DNA of 64,000 nt from Auanema rhodensis (GCA_964057225.1 OZ059895.1:17918001-17982000); one strand, 5' to 3'. Counted from the stretch's first letter, positions 42,261-55,722 are shown. Numbers and translations are program-made. Notes: generated from the sequence alone by a model not told the origin.

Positions 42261-45200
42261 TTTTTTTTCTTTCTGAACACCTCAGTTTGAAGAAATAACA
42301 TCTGTAAATCAATTTAGAATTACACTCAACTGCTGAGCTTTGCCTCGTTCCTTTTCCAACTTTGTGCCGTTTTGTTTTTTCTGTTTTATGTTTTTCATCC
42401 ACAAGCTGCAAAGGATGTGTTTTTTTTTCAAACTTCAATGATTTTGGCAGAAGTTAATGTTTAAAACACTTGTACTTTGTGAATAGTGTTTTTTGTTCTG
42501 TTATTGTTTTGTATTAACAAATTTTATCGGTATTTTTCTAGAATATATGTTGATAGATTGTTGTTTAACTTCAATAGTTGAACATGAATCCAAATTGTTT
42601 TTTTATAACCAGAGTGATTTGAAAGGTTCAATACTAGGTCATGTGTATTTGCATATTTGATGTTGAGTATTTCAGGTGAGACTGCTATTAGAGCAGAGTT
42701 TGCCAGCTGAAGAATTGAAGAGAGTTTGGATGAAAAAGAAAAAAAGATGCAATGATTAGTATAGATCGTAATACTCTCTCGAGATGCCTATATCTGTATA
42801 TACACATTGTTCTGTTGCGGTCATTCTTGGTTAAAGAAGAAGAGAAAAGGAAAAAAACTACATGCAGATTTGTTTGTCTTAGATAACAACTAATATTCTT
42901 ATATGACACTCCGTACATAGGTCAGCAGCACATCATCAGCACTACTTCGCTAATTGTCGGATCTAATTGTACTGAGTATGAACTGTTGTATTGATGGTTA
43001 ATATAGATAGAATAGTTATATTGACGATTATACAGGATGTTATAACGGAAATACCTATATGTTATAAATGTATGATGATCTACATATATGTTCTCTTATG
43101 ATATCTGGTACTTGTTAGATCTTTAGCATAGGATAATCATTATGTGAAAAATGTATTTAAAAAAAGATAGTTGGGATTCGTAGATGTGTAGAGGCTGAAT
43201 AACACGGTTTTCGAATTTTTCCAAAATCAGCTGTAATAGCTACTAACATATGAGTATTTTCTAATATTCAAATCAATTGGCATTGAACTTGGAAGATGTA
43301 TTTTGATATCGAGAAGTTTTCATAACTTTGGTAATATTTTTTAAATTTTATTCTCGATATTTTGGTTTCTCGTCTCCCTAACTATACCATCAAGTGCATA
43401 TACTATAGAGACTCTTATTAGGATATCTATCATACTTCTTAAGTAAATTACCGTATTCATTGGAAGACTGTTTGAGATTATGAGCAATCACCTCATCCAG
43501 GCCATCCAAGTATTTTTTTCTGTGTCTATCCATTTGAATGCATGCGATTAACCTAGCTGAATGACAGCAGAGTGAATACAAACAATGGACTTGTAGAGCT
43601 GATTGGAGGGGAGGGGTTCTCAGAGATTTTTGAATACGAGAGAAAGAAAGAGAGGGTAACAGAGAAAGAGAGAAATAAAAAAAGAAAGAAAGAGAGAAGC
43701 AGAGAGGGAGAAGAGAGTCGGCGGACATGCTTCATGGAAAGAAGTCCCTAAGGACGGTCTTTGTCTGTATCATCTCTCTCAAATCTTTACGATCCATATA
43801 GATAGATGAACTATTTTTTTTTTGAATTTTCATGATGACAGAAGGTCTATACAAAGTACCGATGAATAAATTTTGACAGTGTGATACGATTGAATGAATA
43901 TAAATTATGTTTCTTTTAGATATGGGTACTATGAATAGATTGCATTATGTGGTGATGATTGTCTCATAAACGTCATGAGTACCAGCTGTAAGTTTTCAAT
44001 AAGGCTTCAACTTGACTTGAACTATCATTTACATATGAAACAATTGAAAATGATGATGTGATTACATACAAAACTGATGATGAAGCGCAAAGCAAGGCAG
44101 TATGATACCATAGATATTCGTAGCGACAGATGAATGCAATCGATGTAGGATATGCAAACCTTTTCGCGGATCCTAATCTAATTGTTGTACTTGATATCAT
44201 CATCTCAAACATTTGTTGCTAATTGCTATTGAGAAGCATTTAATCGGAATCTCTTTTCATGGGCCGCTCTAATCATCTTAAGCTTAACTGTCTATGTATA
44301 TCTGTTCAAGAATACCGTAATCGAATTAATATTTTTTGTCTTTCCGACAGCATTAAGAACTGTATTCAAGAGTGAAGCGTGAGGCGGTGCAAGCCTTTTG
44401 GCGCAAACATCTGTTCCATTCAGCAGGCATAGTGGCGATTAGATACAAAAATTCAACGGAAAAGTAAACTTAATATCTTTTGAGTAGTAATGAGTTTTAC
44501 TATTTGACATAGATATCAAAACTATTCAGCTTTTTCTAATTATTACGGCTGCGATTGGAAGAGTAATGATCGTAAAGCGCTTACTCAGGTTGCCACATTA
44601 AAGCGGCATATTACCAAGACGGTATTAGGTTACAGGTTATGCCGGTCTCTTGTATTCCTTGCTGTTACGGTTATTGGAATAAATATATGGATAAAGATGA
44701 ACAAAAAAGAAGAATAAGAAGATGAAAAATAAGAACAGAAGGGCTTTTGAAGCAAGCGAATGGCTAGGAATTTCAAACACAGACTAAGTTCAATCTATTA
44801 GCATGCTATTTGAAATGTGTTCTTTTCACATAAAATTTCTTATCAGTCATGCTATATATTAGTTTTTATGTTCAATCTCAATAAAAGAAAACAAGTGAAG
44901 CACAATTGCTATGACGAATTAAATGTTTTATCCTAAATCTATAATTATAATTACACTGAATTCATGAAATTATTATTTTTTTAAATTATAACTGTTAAAA
45001 ATCTTTTCATTATCTTGTTGTTCTATATTTGAAAGTATGTATGTATTAATATGTTTCATTTAGACTTTTCATTATTCCTCTAATTATTCGTTTTTTAATT
45101 CAAAATCATTCAAAATATTTTTCAATATGTATATATATAAAATAATAATTGTATTGTACTGTTATTTCAACGAAAAACGTATGTTAACATGTGTAGGACA

Positions 45201-45827
45201 TGACAGATTCATGACGTAATCAGAACATTAAGCAGTAGTTAACTGCTCTAGGGTCAGGATTGTTCCAGAAATAAGACTGCATATAGACGTGCCAATGCTA
45301 TGAGAGAAAACACAAAAAAGATCTGAGATCCCGATGCTAGTCACCTGTTGCCTAATGACCGCAGTTGACCCCAATGAAAGAGCACATAGATGACAAGCGG
45401 CTTGGGGTCGCAGGAGAAGGAAGATGACGAGGGCGTGGTCCCTACAATGTGTGAGTGGGGTCACCAGCGGTCATTCCGTCATATAGCACAATTGGTCACA
45501 CAGACAATCTGCTTAGTCGTCTGAAGTGTAGACAGTTCAGCTTTATCTTATCTGCTAGCTCTCTTATTCCATGTTGGCTAATGATGAATATATCGCTTGA
45601 AGAAAAAAATATCAGTCTTCGTACTTTGTGAAAATTCAGATTCTCATATTCAAATCTAAATGCATCATCTGATACCTGTTTCTGATAATTCACCCCAAAA
45701 CGTGATTATTAGTTTTTTTCTACTTTTTCTTACTTTATTTAGTGTTACTAGCTGTAGTGTTGTTAGCCCAACTTGCTTTGTGATATCTCCGAACATTCGA
45801 ACATTCAGAATTATTTTTTATTCTTAG

Positions 45828-47723
45828 ATGGATTTGCATAATGCTCTTGCTGCCTTGATTAGGCCTGTTGCTCTGCCTGGTCTTCAGCCAGCTTCTGTTC
45901 TTCCTTTTCCTTCTTCATTACTAGCACTAAGCCATCTTGATCAGGCCATGCTTCCAATGGCAGCTGTCCCACAACTTGATTCGGTGTTAACTCCTAAAAA
46001 GGTAAGAACATACAACCCAGTTTAATTTTTGATAATTTACCCATCTGTTTTCAGTCACGACTTGATGATAGTCCAGTCAGTAGTCATAGTAGTACCATAT
46101 CCTCAACTCAGGTGAGACAGTATTTTTCCCGTTTTTTATCCAAAATTTTCAATTTTTAGATGTCCAGTCCGTCTTCATTGTCACCACGTCGAAAAATTCC
46201 ACAGCCGATTCCTATGGAAAAGAAGGTCAGTTCAGTTTTTTTTTTCAATCTTGTCACATCCATTAGGGATTTAATAGAATAGTATGCATATGTATATATC
46301 TCGATTATCTGATTCGTACCATTTCAATCATATTCCAACTTTCTATCGTCAATCCCCACGTTATCATGAGTATCTATGCTAATCGCAAGAGTATGTTATG
46401 CTCATGACATGACCAACTTGAACTATTATATAGTCAGTTAGCCTGATGTATAATATAATAGTTAATCTTTTGATTGCATTATATTATTGGTATAATACAA
46501 ATTGAAATGAACGTTTACTATATTCTAACCAGTAACAGTATGTCGAGTTCATCCTCTTCTTATTCTCCTCACCGTCAGGCGGCTACATTTACAATTCGCC
46601 AGTCAGTACTGACCGACAAGGGGAATTCTATCCTTTTGCCTATTTTATAGAATTATATCGGTGTTATTTAATAATCGTAATAGACATTACTACAATTTTG
46701 ATGATAAGATGACGACGAGAAGCAAACAGCTGACTTATAGAACCTATCGTATCTGAAAGATACTTAAAGGGGTTAGGAGAGTGAGACAGCAGGAGAGAGA
46801 ACGGTGCAGAATGAAACTTTTTCTTCTGGTATATATTCTATGCAATAACTATCTGCCACAAAGACAATGGACAGAAATATCTCGAGAGAAGTAGAACGAG
46901 CAGAACTAAAAGACATAGAGAAAGAAAGAGCAGAAAAGAGCATGAGATAGAGAGAGAAAGGTTGCCCCGGTGGGTAGTCGCTTTAACTAGGCAGACCATC
47001 ACGACAGTAGCATTGACCAGTTGTCTGTTGCAACAGACGTAGATAAACCATCTCGTAATATGAGACGACTATGAAGTCGAGATTAAGAGAAAGGCAACGT
47101 CATCAGATGGTAGGAATAGTTACAGTCGGTATTGTAATTTTTTTTTCACATTAAAGAGTTAACAGCAGTCGAACATTTGCAAAGTTTATTCAATTCTAAG
47201 ATATACATATATACAGGTGCATATATTGCTACTTTTCTCTTTTCAATTTTTTTTCAATTTATCTTACAATTTCTATACCGGTGCCAATCAATAATTTATA
47301 ATTTATAATAATTTATACTAACTATATTAGTACTTGCTCCAGTTAACCAACCTCAACAATTTCAGGATGATGCTTATTATGAGCGTCGCCGTAAGAACAA
47401 TGATGCCGCTAAACGGTCAAGAGATGCTCGACGACACAAAGAGGATCAAACCGCTCGTAGAGCTCAGCAATTAGAGCAAGAAAATGCCCAACTACGAGGA
47501 CAGGTAATGTGATTTAAAACATAAAGCATATATGTTATACGAGACATCTAATACAAATTTCCTTTTTCAGCTAACACTTCTGAAATCTGAACTAACCAAT
47601 ATCCAGTTGCTCATGTTGTCTGCTCGAACGAACAACGCCAATAATCTGATGAACAAAATATCAGATCTTTCACCAAAAATCAAAACAGAAGAGCCAAACA
47701 ATACAGACTCAATTGAAGTATAA
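45828..47723 (+). CDS. ces-2: PAR-family bZIP transcription factor, CES-2-like, 195 aa; exons 45828-46001, 46055-46111, 46160-46225, 47366-47503, 47571-47723
   Basis: All introns are GT-AG, phase 0, and the frame is open. Basic region KKDDAYYERRRKNNDAAKRSRDARRHKEDQTARRAQQLEQENAQLRGQLTLLKSEL matches the PAR-bZIP/CES-2 pattern as I recall it. The ATG directly follows a TTCTTAG acceptor (trans-splice site or an upstream exon). Confidence 0.88.
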
Positions 47724-48841
47724 ATGTGATATTGATATTCAATATCATTTTTGCTCCTTTTTATTTCTCATATTTTGATTTATTTTTCTGCCAAAAAATC
47801 CCGACACTCTCAGCACCACTTCTCCCTTCCCTCACGTTCACAGCCATCTTACTATCACACGCGGTACTTTTATATTTGTTCCTTCAGATCACATCTCTTT
47901 CGGTATTCAGTTTTCTTCTTGTTTTTTAATTTTAATAATGAAAACCTTGTTTCCAAATCTCTGCGAGTCCAACATAAGCTTCAGTCATGTGTACATATGC
48001 ATCTTGTTTAATTATTATTATTATAACAATATTATTTTTATTGTCACCCGTTTATCTTCAATTTATATTTTACAATAACGGGTAATTATATTTGAAAAAC
48101 AAAAAATAAATAATTTTCAAATTTTTGATCTACATTCCTTTCATAAAAAATATTAAAAACAACAAAATAACACTTGAATATTTTCTCCTTCTCCGAATTA
48201 CCAATTCATAAATAATGTTTAATATCAAGTTCACATAATTTTTTTAAATTTGAAAAATATTTGAAATAAAAATGGTTGATAATCTCCAAATACAAGAACC
48301 ATGAGAACAAGAGAAAATCATATAACATATTCGATAGTTCTTGAAATGTGATTAACAATCGGTTGAATAAAGTAAAATTTAGAACTACTGGAACAATCAT
48401 AAAGCAGTCTGAAGATTTCACAAGTTCGCAGTTTCATAACAGTTTTAAAGAAATACAAGGAAAATAAATAAAACAACATTGAAATATTTTTTGTTTGTTT
48501 TTTATTACTAAGGGGGGGGGAGGAGGGAGACACGATAACCGTAACCACCTAAATATATATATATATATATGTATTTTTAAATTTAATTAAAATAAAGAAA
48601 TACATTATAATAAATGTTATTAACTATATTTAACAGTTAAGCTATGTACACGAATGATGCATATGCATAAATAATAAAGCATGGAAATTTAATATTTGAG
48701 ATAATAGAAGTAATGATGCAATATTTCTTTGTTAAATTTAATGTTAGTGAAACATAGATAGATTTCCAAATAATAATATCATAATAAGATTAATATGACT
48801 TAAATCATTCTCTGTTTCACAAATTAAAATCTACTGTTTGA

Positions 48842-49415
48842 TCATGATGTTGTATAATCAATTTCGGGCATTTTCGATGGTATTTCATATAATGTATTAT
48901 CAACAGGATCTCCTCTAACTTTTCTCCTACAAAAATACACAATTCTAATTGAAAAAATATATATGTTAACTTATAGTTACCTTTTATTATTTTCTTCATG
49001 TACTATGCTCTCAGTTTCTATAATATGTTTCTCAAATGCATTTCGTTAATGCAGCTTTACTTACTTTTTGTATAATCATTCCATGATTCTGGTACACTTG
49101 TTTCACTTTTTTTTGTTTCCAGCTAACAAATAATATAAATTTTTAAATGTTTTTTAATTTTAATCATACCATTGTTATCGTTTTATCAACTGTTTCGTCA
49201 AATTGTGCATCCGTTTCTGTTGACATTGGGTCGTAGTGTAACGATATTTCATCACCATTATTTTCTTCGTGTTTTTCCTTAGCCATCTTTAATATATAAT
49301 ATTATTATATATATTATAGTTTATAATTTATAAATAAACCATAATAATTTACATATTGTATATTAATCTTTTTTGGTGTCTCTTGTTGAGTGTAGCGACC
49401 TAAAGCACATCCCAT
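48842..49415 (-). CDS. Small hypothetical protein, 119 aa, MGC N-terminus; exons 49415-49353, 49286-49170, 49122-49065, 49017-48981, 48926-48842
   Basis: Four GT-AG introns of 66, 47, 47 and 54 nt give one open frame: MGCALGRYTQQETPKKINIQY...RRKVRGDPVDNTLYEIPSKMPEIDYTTS*. TTTTCAG acceptor lies 15 nt upstream of the ATG. Confidence 0.72.
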
Positions 49416-50391
49416 TACAGACCGGTTCACTGAAAATATATATTTGAAATGAAAATGTCTACCGTCAATCAATAAAACAGAATATTCAAACTTAATCTAA
49501 TTAAGTTGAAATACAAGTTTAATTTTATTCAGAGTTTCATTATTTTCTTTGTGTTATATTTCTTACTGTGGAATGCGAAAACATTTCGTTACCGTAGTCT
49601 CAAATAAGATATTCACGCCCACTTTTAGAACATACTGTAAATCTATCAGGTATCTTTAAGGCTCATAAATTATGTCAAATTTTTAAATTTAGATGTTATA
49701 TTTGAATCTCTGTGTATTCAAATATAACATCTGAATCTTTGAATTATGATTAAATGTATAACAACTAAGTGTCTGATCGTAATAATAACTCAGCATAAGA
49801 ATAAATATATACTTAAGTCTGTGAAATTTTATTTAACCTTATTCAGTTTACTATGTCAAGAATCCTCGCTTCTAGGAGAAATATTTATCGTTGAAGCTTC
49901 TTTTAACAGGCAGTTGCAAAGTTAAGTTCCTGAGTTGATTAGATATTCATTGAATGCTTCTTTACCATATCAGTTTTATTTTTTCAATTAATCCTGTCAA
50001 GGAAACTCTAGACATTTTCATTATTTTATAAATTACTGTTTCAATCCCTGTTCTAAACTTATATATAACTTATTTGCCAGATGGATATGTGTTTTAGTGA
50101 TTTCTGGAATGTTAGTTTCTGATTGTTTTTGAAACTGAAAGAAAAACAATACATATCAATAGTCAAATGAAACTTTATACATACTGCTATTGGAGTTTGC
50201 AACTGGATGGCAAAACATATAGTCTTAGCTATGGTATAGTAGCAAAAATGGACATTTTCAAAAACATATTTTATTAATTGAAATAGTTATTGTGTGTAAT
50301 TAGTGTAATTTTAGTTACCAAACGTTTATTTAATTAGTAAGCAGCATATCCTTACTTACAACATGCCAACATTGTTTGAAACTCCTGGTGC

Positions 50392-51258
50392 TTACTTTTT
50401 GCCGTAAGGTCCACCAAATCCTCCGTATGGAGCACCGTATCCTCCATATGGAGCACCGTATCCACCGTATGGAGCACTGTATCCTCCGTATGGAGCACCG
50501 TATCCTCCGTAAGGAGCGCCGTATCCTCCACCAAATCCTCCGTAGTTTCCATTGAATCCACCATAGCTGCCACCATATCCACCTGGTCCAAAGCCAAATG
50601 GCTCATAATTGGCGTTGGCGTAGTTAGGAACTCCGAATGGTGGTGGATAGCTCACACCATGTTCATACCCGAAATTACCACTACCACCCAATTTACTTGC
50701 GGCACTGTTGATTGCTCCTCCGGCGGCATTAGCAGCACCATTGATAGCTCCTCCAGCTAAGTTGGCAGCTCCGTTAACAGCTCCTCCGGCGGCATTAGCA
50801 GCACCATTGATAGCTCCTCCAGCAAAATTGGCAGCACCATTTATCATATTGCTAGCTGCATGAGCAACAGTATCGATGAATCCTCCTGCACTATCAGCAG
50901 CATCGTCAACAATTTCCTGAGCTTTTGTTTTTCCGCTGTCTTCTTTTTGTTTTTTCTCTACGTCAGTTTTTTCATCCTAAAAAATTTTAAATTACTAGTT
51001 TTCCTATCAAAGTATTTATCATTTTTATTGAACATCCGCATAAATTTAACTCTAAGAAAAGGGTTTGTATGAAGGCGGAAGAAGGTTTTAATCGAGTTTA
51101 AAGTATAGATCATATAATCATTGAAATATCTATCTAACTCCGTAAGTAGCAAAGGAATTAGTCGGAAATGAAAATATATTAAATGAACTTACTTTTCCGT
51201 GTGCCAATACCATAAGTGCACTAAGCATAATAGCAATATAATGATGTCTTTTCAACAT
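50392..51258 (-). CDS. Secreted Gly/Ala/Asn- and Gly/Tyr/Pro-repeat protein (gene A), 216 aa; exons 51258-51193, 50976-50392
   Basis: Signal-like exon MLKRHHYIAIMLSALMVLAHGK, phase-0 GTAAGT...TTTTAG intron, charged spacer, 11-aa GGAINGAANxA repeats, then YGAPYGG repeats. Confidence 0.85.
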
Positions 51259-51316
51259 TTGTACAAGTTTTTGAGGCTCCAATAAGAGTCTACGCACGAC
51301 TAGATTCATTTTAGAC

Positions 51317-51338
51317 TTTTATAGATAAAGTCTTATCA
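51317..51338 (-). promoter_or_regulatory. GATA site plus TATA box of gene A
   Basis: Minus strand TGATAAGACTTTATCTATAAAA. Confidence 0.55.
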
Positions 51339-54003
51339 TTAGTTCAACGTAATAGCATGTTTGCATCTCTTGCTAAGTTTTTTTCTTTTGTTTTTCAAAT
51401 GGTCAAATAGTCAATACAACAGTATTGATTTGTATTAATCATAGTAAACACCTGTATATTCAGATGTTGTTTGTTACTTCTAAAGTCCACTTTCCTCCTT
51501 TCCGCAATATTGGTAGCTTTTATGAGCTTAAACTGTTCGAATTTTATGAACATGCTTAGTAAATATTTCCGGAAACTAACAATAAAATCTGTTTTTTTTA
51601 TTTGCAATGAAAAAATATCGTAAAAAAGTTGACAGTGTATAATATTTTTGGTTAGCATACTATTGTAAAGAAAATTATTCCAAATAATTTATTAAAAAAA
51701 AAAAGAAGAAAATTTAAAATCAGATAATAATTGGAATTATGCATATTAAATATTATATTAAAGTTAAATATGAATATAATTAAGATTTCTAGCTTGTAAT
51801 AATACGATAAAAGTTAAAATAATTAACTATAAAACTATACATTGAAAGAAAATTTCAAAATGTATAACTACATTTAAGCATATAAATGCAAAATTTCAAA
51901 ATTGTTTTTAAACAAAATATGAAATGATGACAAAGCTGAAAAAAATAGGTAATATAATTGATTAAAGTTTTAACACGACCTGTCACTATACCACCACCAA
52001 CTAATCAGTTTATAGCATATGTGTGTTGATTGAAAAAAAAATTATTTATCAACTGAAGAAACGTATAATTTTTATTTTTTTGATTGTAATATATTATCAG
52101 TATCAGTAGTTAACATTAATCCCTTCCGCATTTCTTTTTTGATGATTTATGATTTATACATTGTGTTTTATCATTTTTTTGAAGATTCTGTGACTAATTA
52201 TTTTGAATATTATTATTCTTTCCAATTTCCATATGTTTATATTTACAGTTTGATGTTTTTTTTATATTACAATGTATTTCAAACAAAATCAAAGAAGTGT
52301 TTTGTTTAATATTGAAAAGTATAATCAAATATTATACTTATGAGTATATTTTATTATTTATTAAACTTAATATTTGTTTTTTACTTTTCTTTTTTTGCTT
52401 AATTGATTGCGATTGTCTAGACAAAAAGAATGTTCTTTGATTTTATTTATTATGTTTTTGTAAGTACTTTAGTATTTTTTCGTTTTTAAAGATTAATGCC
52501 TATAGTTTTAATCAAAATTAACAAACAAGAACCAAAGCTAAAAGTTGAAGTACAAATGAAACTGTAAGAATAAAGCTTCATCATCTTAAATGTAAGGTTA
52601 GATTTTGAAATTAACCAAAGGCATTATAATAATTTTGTTTCTCCCTTTTACATAGATATGTGGAAATCTTGTGTCAACTCATTTTGGTAATATTCAATTT
52701 GTCATATGATTTTTTATATATTGTTATATCAGTATTACCTATACCTAACATAAAATATTTATTAAGATGTTTATTTTTATATTTTTTTTTAATTTAAATA
52801 AACTTTGTATTATAACATTTATATATGAACTACTTTATACATATTCACATGTTTTTTTAAAATTACTTATAATTTAAATATTTCAATATAAGAATACTAA
52901 ATGAAAAATTTGAAACAATGTGCTAGAGAACTGAACATGAAAAATATTTTTAAAGTCTTAGCATTAATATTGTGAAAGTTATGATCAAGGTTATTGATAT
53001 ACTATATGAATTTTATTAATTTGTTCTGGTGAAATGACAACACAAGCTGATATTCAAAATTAAAAATGGTTTTAAAGCTTTTTTTGCCTTCAAACACTTT
53101 TTAAGTTGGTATGTTACGAGTTGTATCTCATATGTGATGAATATATAGTTTATATATTAATCAAATATTTATAATTTAGTAATAATTTAATATTATTTTT
53201 AAAAAAAATATTATATTTAGATTTAGAACGGCATTCTAATTATTTTAATTTTATCAAACACAAGACAAGATGAAGCAGAAGTAACTGACAAATTACTAAC
53301 TTTGTACTTTGTTGAAGAAAAATATGTTCAACTTTAAAATGAATAATAACATAAATCGTTTTGAATTGAAGGAGTTTATGTCTTGCTTGTCATCTTATAT
53401 ACTCGGCCTTATCTGTGATAAATTTATAATGCATTATAATAGTTTATAACATATACATAAATAAATACATATTTATATGTTTTTCTTTCATATTTTTGAT
53501 TTTTTTATTATTTAACACTTCAATAAACAGTGTAACTATAGTTCAATAAAAAAATGTCTAATTACGATATAGCTTTGACGTGTTAAAAGTTTCATATCAA
53601 CTAATTAATTATTTTAAATATTGTTAGGAACTTTTAAAGTTTTATATTTATAATTTATTAATAATAATTATAAATAACAACATTCTAAATATTATAATTT
53701 GGTTAATAATCTAGCATTCAAGTTCATTTTATATTTTAGATTAACAATATGGATCTATTCTACCTTCCACTGTAATTGCTTCACCGAAATGAAGCTTTTC
53801 TGACGCTTCTTCTGATCCTTATAAACTAATAAACAAAAAATAGAAAACAAAATAGTTTTATAAACCTTCACACATTTATATTTAACTTTAGCACGTTTTA
53901 GATAAAAAATATATTTATGGCCTTACTACATCAACTTCACAAATCTAATAAAAATTAAAAAATACATTAAGGCTTAGTTAAGTATGTATTTGAAAGTAAT
54001 TAT

Positions 54004-54028
54004 AGATAAGCAGTTGTATATAAACTGA
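54004..54028 (+). promoter_or_regulatory. GATA site plus TATA box of gene B
   Basis: AGATAAGCAGTTGTATATAAACTGA; the 16-mer GTTGTATATAAACTGA recurs upstream of gene C. Confidence 0.65.
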
Positions 54029-54076
54029 TGCTGTCAAATAAGATCATAGAAGATTTTACTTCTTCGAGTCCTCATC

Positions 54077-55098
54077 ATGAGACACACATGTCGGCGAATC
54101 GCAATGCTTTGCGTCGTTCTTGGAATAGCTTCAGCTAATAGTGTAAGTTGATCAACTCTTTAGATTTATTATTCATTTTATTGTTGTAGGCTGGCAGAGG
54201 TCGAATTCTTGATAGAAATCCTGTTGTTGGAAATGCTGGAGTTGATGAGGACCCCCGTATCCTTGGGGCTTTTCTCGGACCACAAGGCATCCGTAATGTC
54301 ATGGAATCTGTTGGAGGGCTTCTTGACGGTGTTGTTGGAGGATTTATAGGAAAACCACGAGCTCTTGAGGATCCTCGCATTCTTGATGCTCTTTTTGCTC
54401 CACAAGGATTTGAAAATGTATTGTCGACAGTTGGAGGGCTTATTGATGATGCCATCGGGCAAGTCGAGCTTGGTGGTTTGAAAACACAAGGCATTCTTTC
54501 GAATACTGGAGCTCTTGCCGATAACGTTGTAGGACACATAGGATCCGTCGTTGGAAATCTTTTGACACCACATAAACAAGCTAGGCTTCTGGGACTCGGA
54601 AATTTGGTTCGCCCCGAAATAAATTCTGCTCAAGGTTTAGTAGGCAACGTTGGAAATAATGTCGGTAATATGATTGGAGGAGGACTGGGACATCAATCAT
54701 TTATTCCCCAGATGGGACAAAACCTGATTGGAGATGGATTAAATAGACCATTTACAAGTCATATTGGTACATTTATTGGAGGTGGACTAAGCCGGCCATC
54801 TTCAAGCCATATTGGTACATTTATTGGAGGAGGACTTAACCGACCATATCCTACCAATGTTGGTACTTTCATTGGAGGAGGACTGCCCAATATTCCCAAG
54901 ATGGAGCCACTTCCCCTTGGTATTCCTCAAACATCCGCTGAAGTTGTAGTTGAGAAAAATGTTCTTAAAGAACAAGCAATGGAACAGATTCGTGAAGCCG
55001 AGGCAGAAGCTGACGCTGTAGTTGAAGCAGTCATGGAAGCCGAAGCTGACGCCGAGGCTACCGTTGATGCCGTAGCTGAGGCTGAAGGCCTTATGTAG
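54077..55098 (+). CDS. Secreted Gly-rich repeat protein with acidic Glu/Ala tail (gene B), 324 aa; exons 54077-54142, 54190-55098
   Basis: Signal-like exon MRHTCRRIAMLCVVLGIASANS, 47-nt phase-0 intron, in frame with the 265-aa ORF; TATA box at 54017-54024. Confidence 0.87.
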
Positions 55099-55649
55099 GC
55101 TAATTGCCTAAATGCTAATTGTGATTGGAATATTTTCATTATCACTGTTTGTATACATTGTGCCTTTTCTACAATAAATGCTTCTGATTCATAACTGTAA
55201 ACATTGTTAATTCATACATGAAAAGAAAAGAATCATATTATTAAATTGACTGATATGTGTGTGCTAGCGATTTCAGCTGAATTACTGCATGATGGTGTAT
55301 ATTCTAAGAATGTCTTCATTTTTTGGTCATTGAAAGCTTGAACGTATAACGTCTAAACTTGCTATATGTTTCAAAATTGCTTGCCATCCTAACGTGACCT
55401 TTCACGCAAATGCATACCATCCCAACGTGACCTTTCACGCGAAATGCTCATTTGAACTTCTAATACTTACTACAGTTAAACCTGAGGATGTTCAATCTGA
55501 ATTTGAAGAAGATTACTTCAACGTTTTTTTTAGAAAAAAAACATCAACACAAAATGGAAAGTTTCAGCTTTGAACAATGAACAATGAACAATTTAATAAT
55601 TTCATTATTCAAAGCCAAACAGAAAGAGGGGAAGGATTGATAAAAAAAA

Positions 55650-55722
55650 TAGAGAGAGAGAGAGAGCGAGAGAGACAAAGATAGAGAGAAAGAGAGAGAG
55701 AGAAAGGGAGAAGGAGAGATAG
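55650..55722. repeat. GA-rich microsatellite
   Basis: Imperfect (AG)n tract; a similar purine tract lies at about 43638-43717. Confidence 0.75.

Larger units (their letters stand above)
41507..42406 (+). repeat. Terminal, more diverged remnant of the 234-bp tRNA-Thr array (4 units)
   Basis: The tRNA unit resumes at CAGTGGCAGAGCG after the satellite. The last spacer decays into unique sequence near 42350-42410. Confidence 0.92.

Noticed and set aside
43390-44225. ORFs and possible decayed coding sequence between the array and ces-2
   Set aside because: Partly a translated GA tract; other frames contain stops, and I could not build a consistent spliced model.
51400-53900. Possible exon fragments in the very AT-rich A-B intergenic region
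   Set aside because: Isolated splice-like sites but no continuous open frame I can support.
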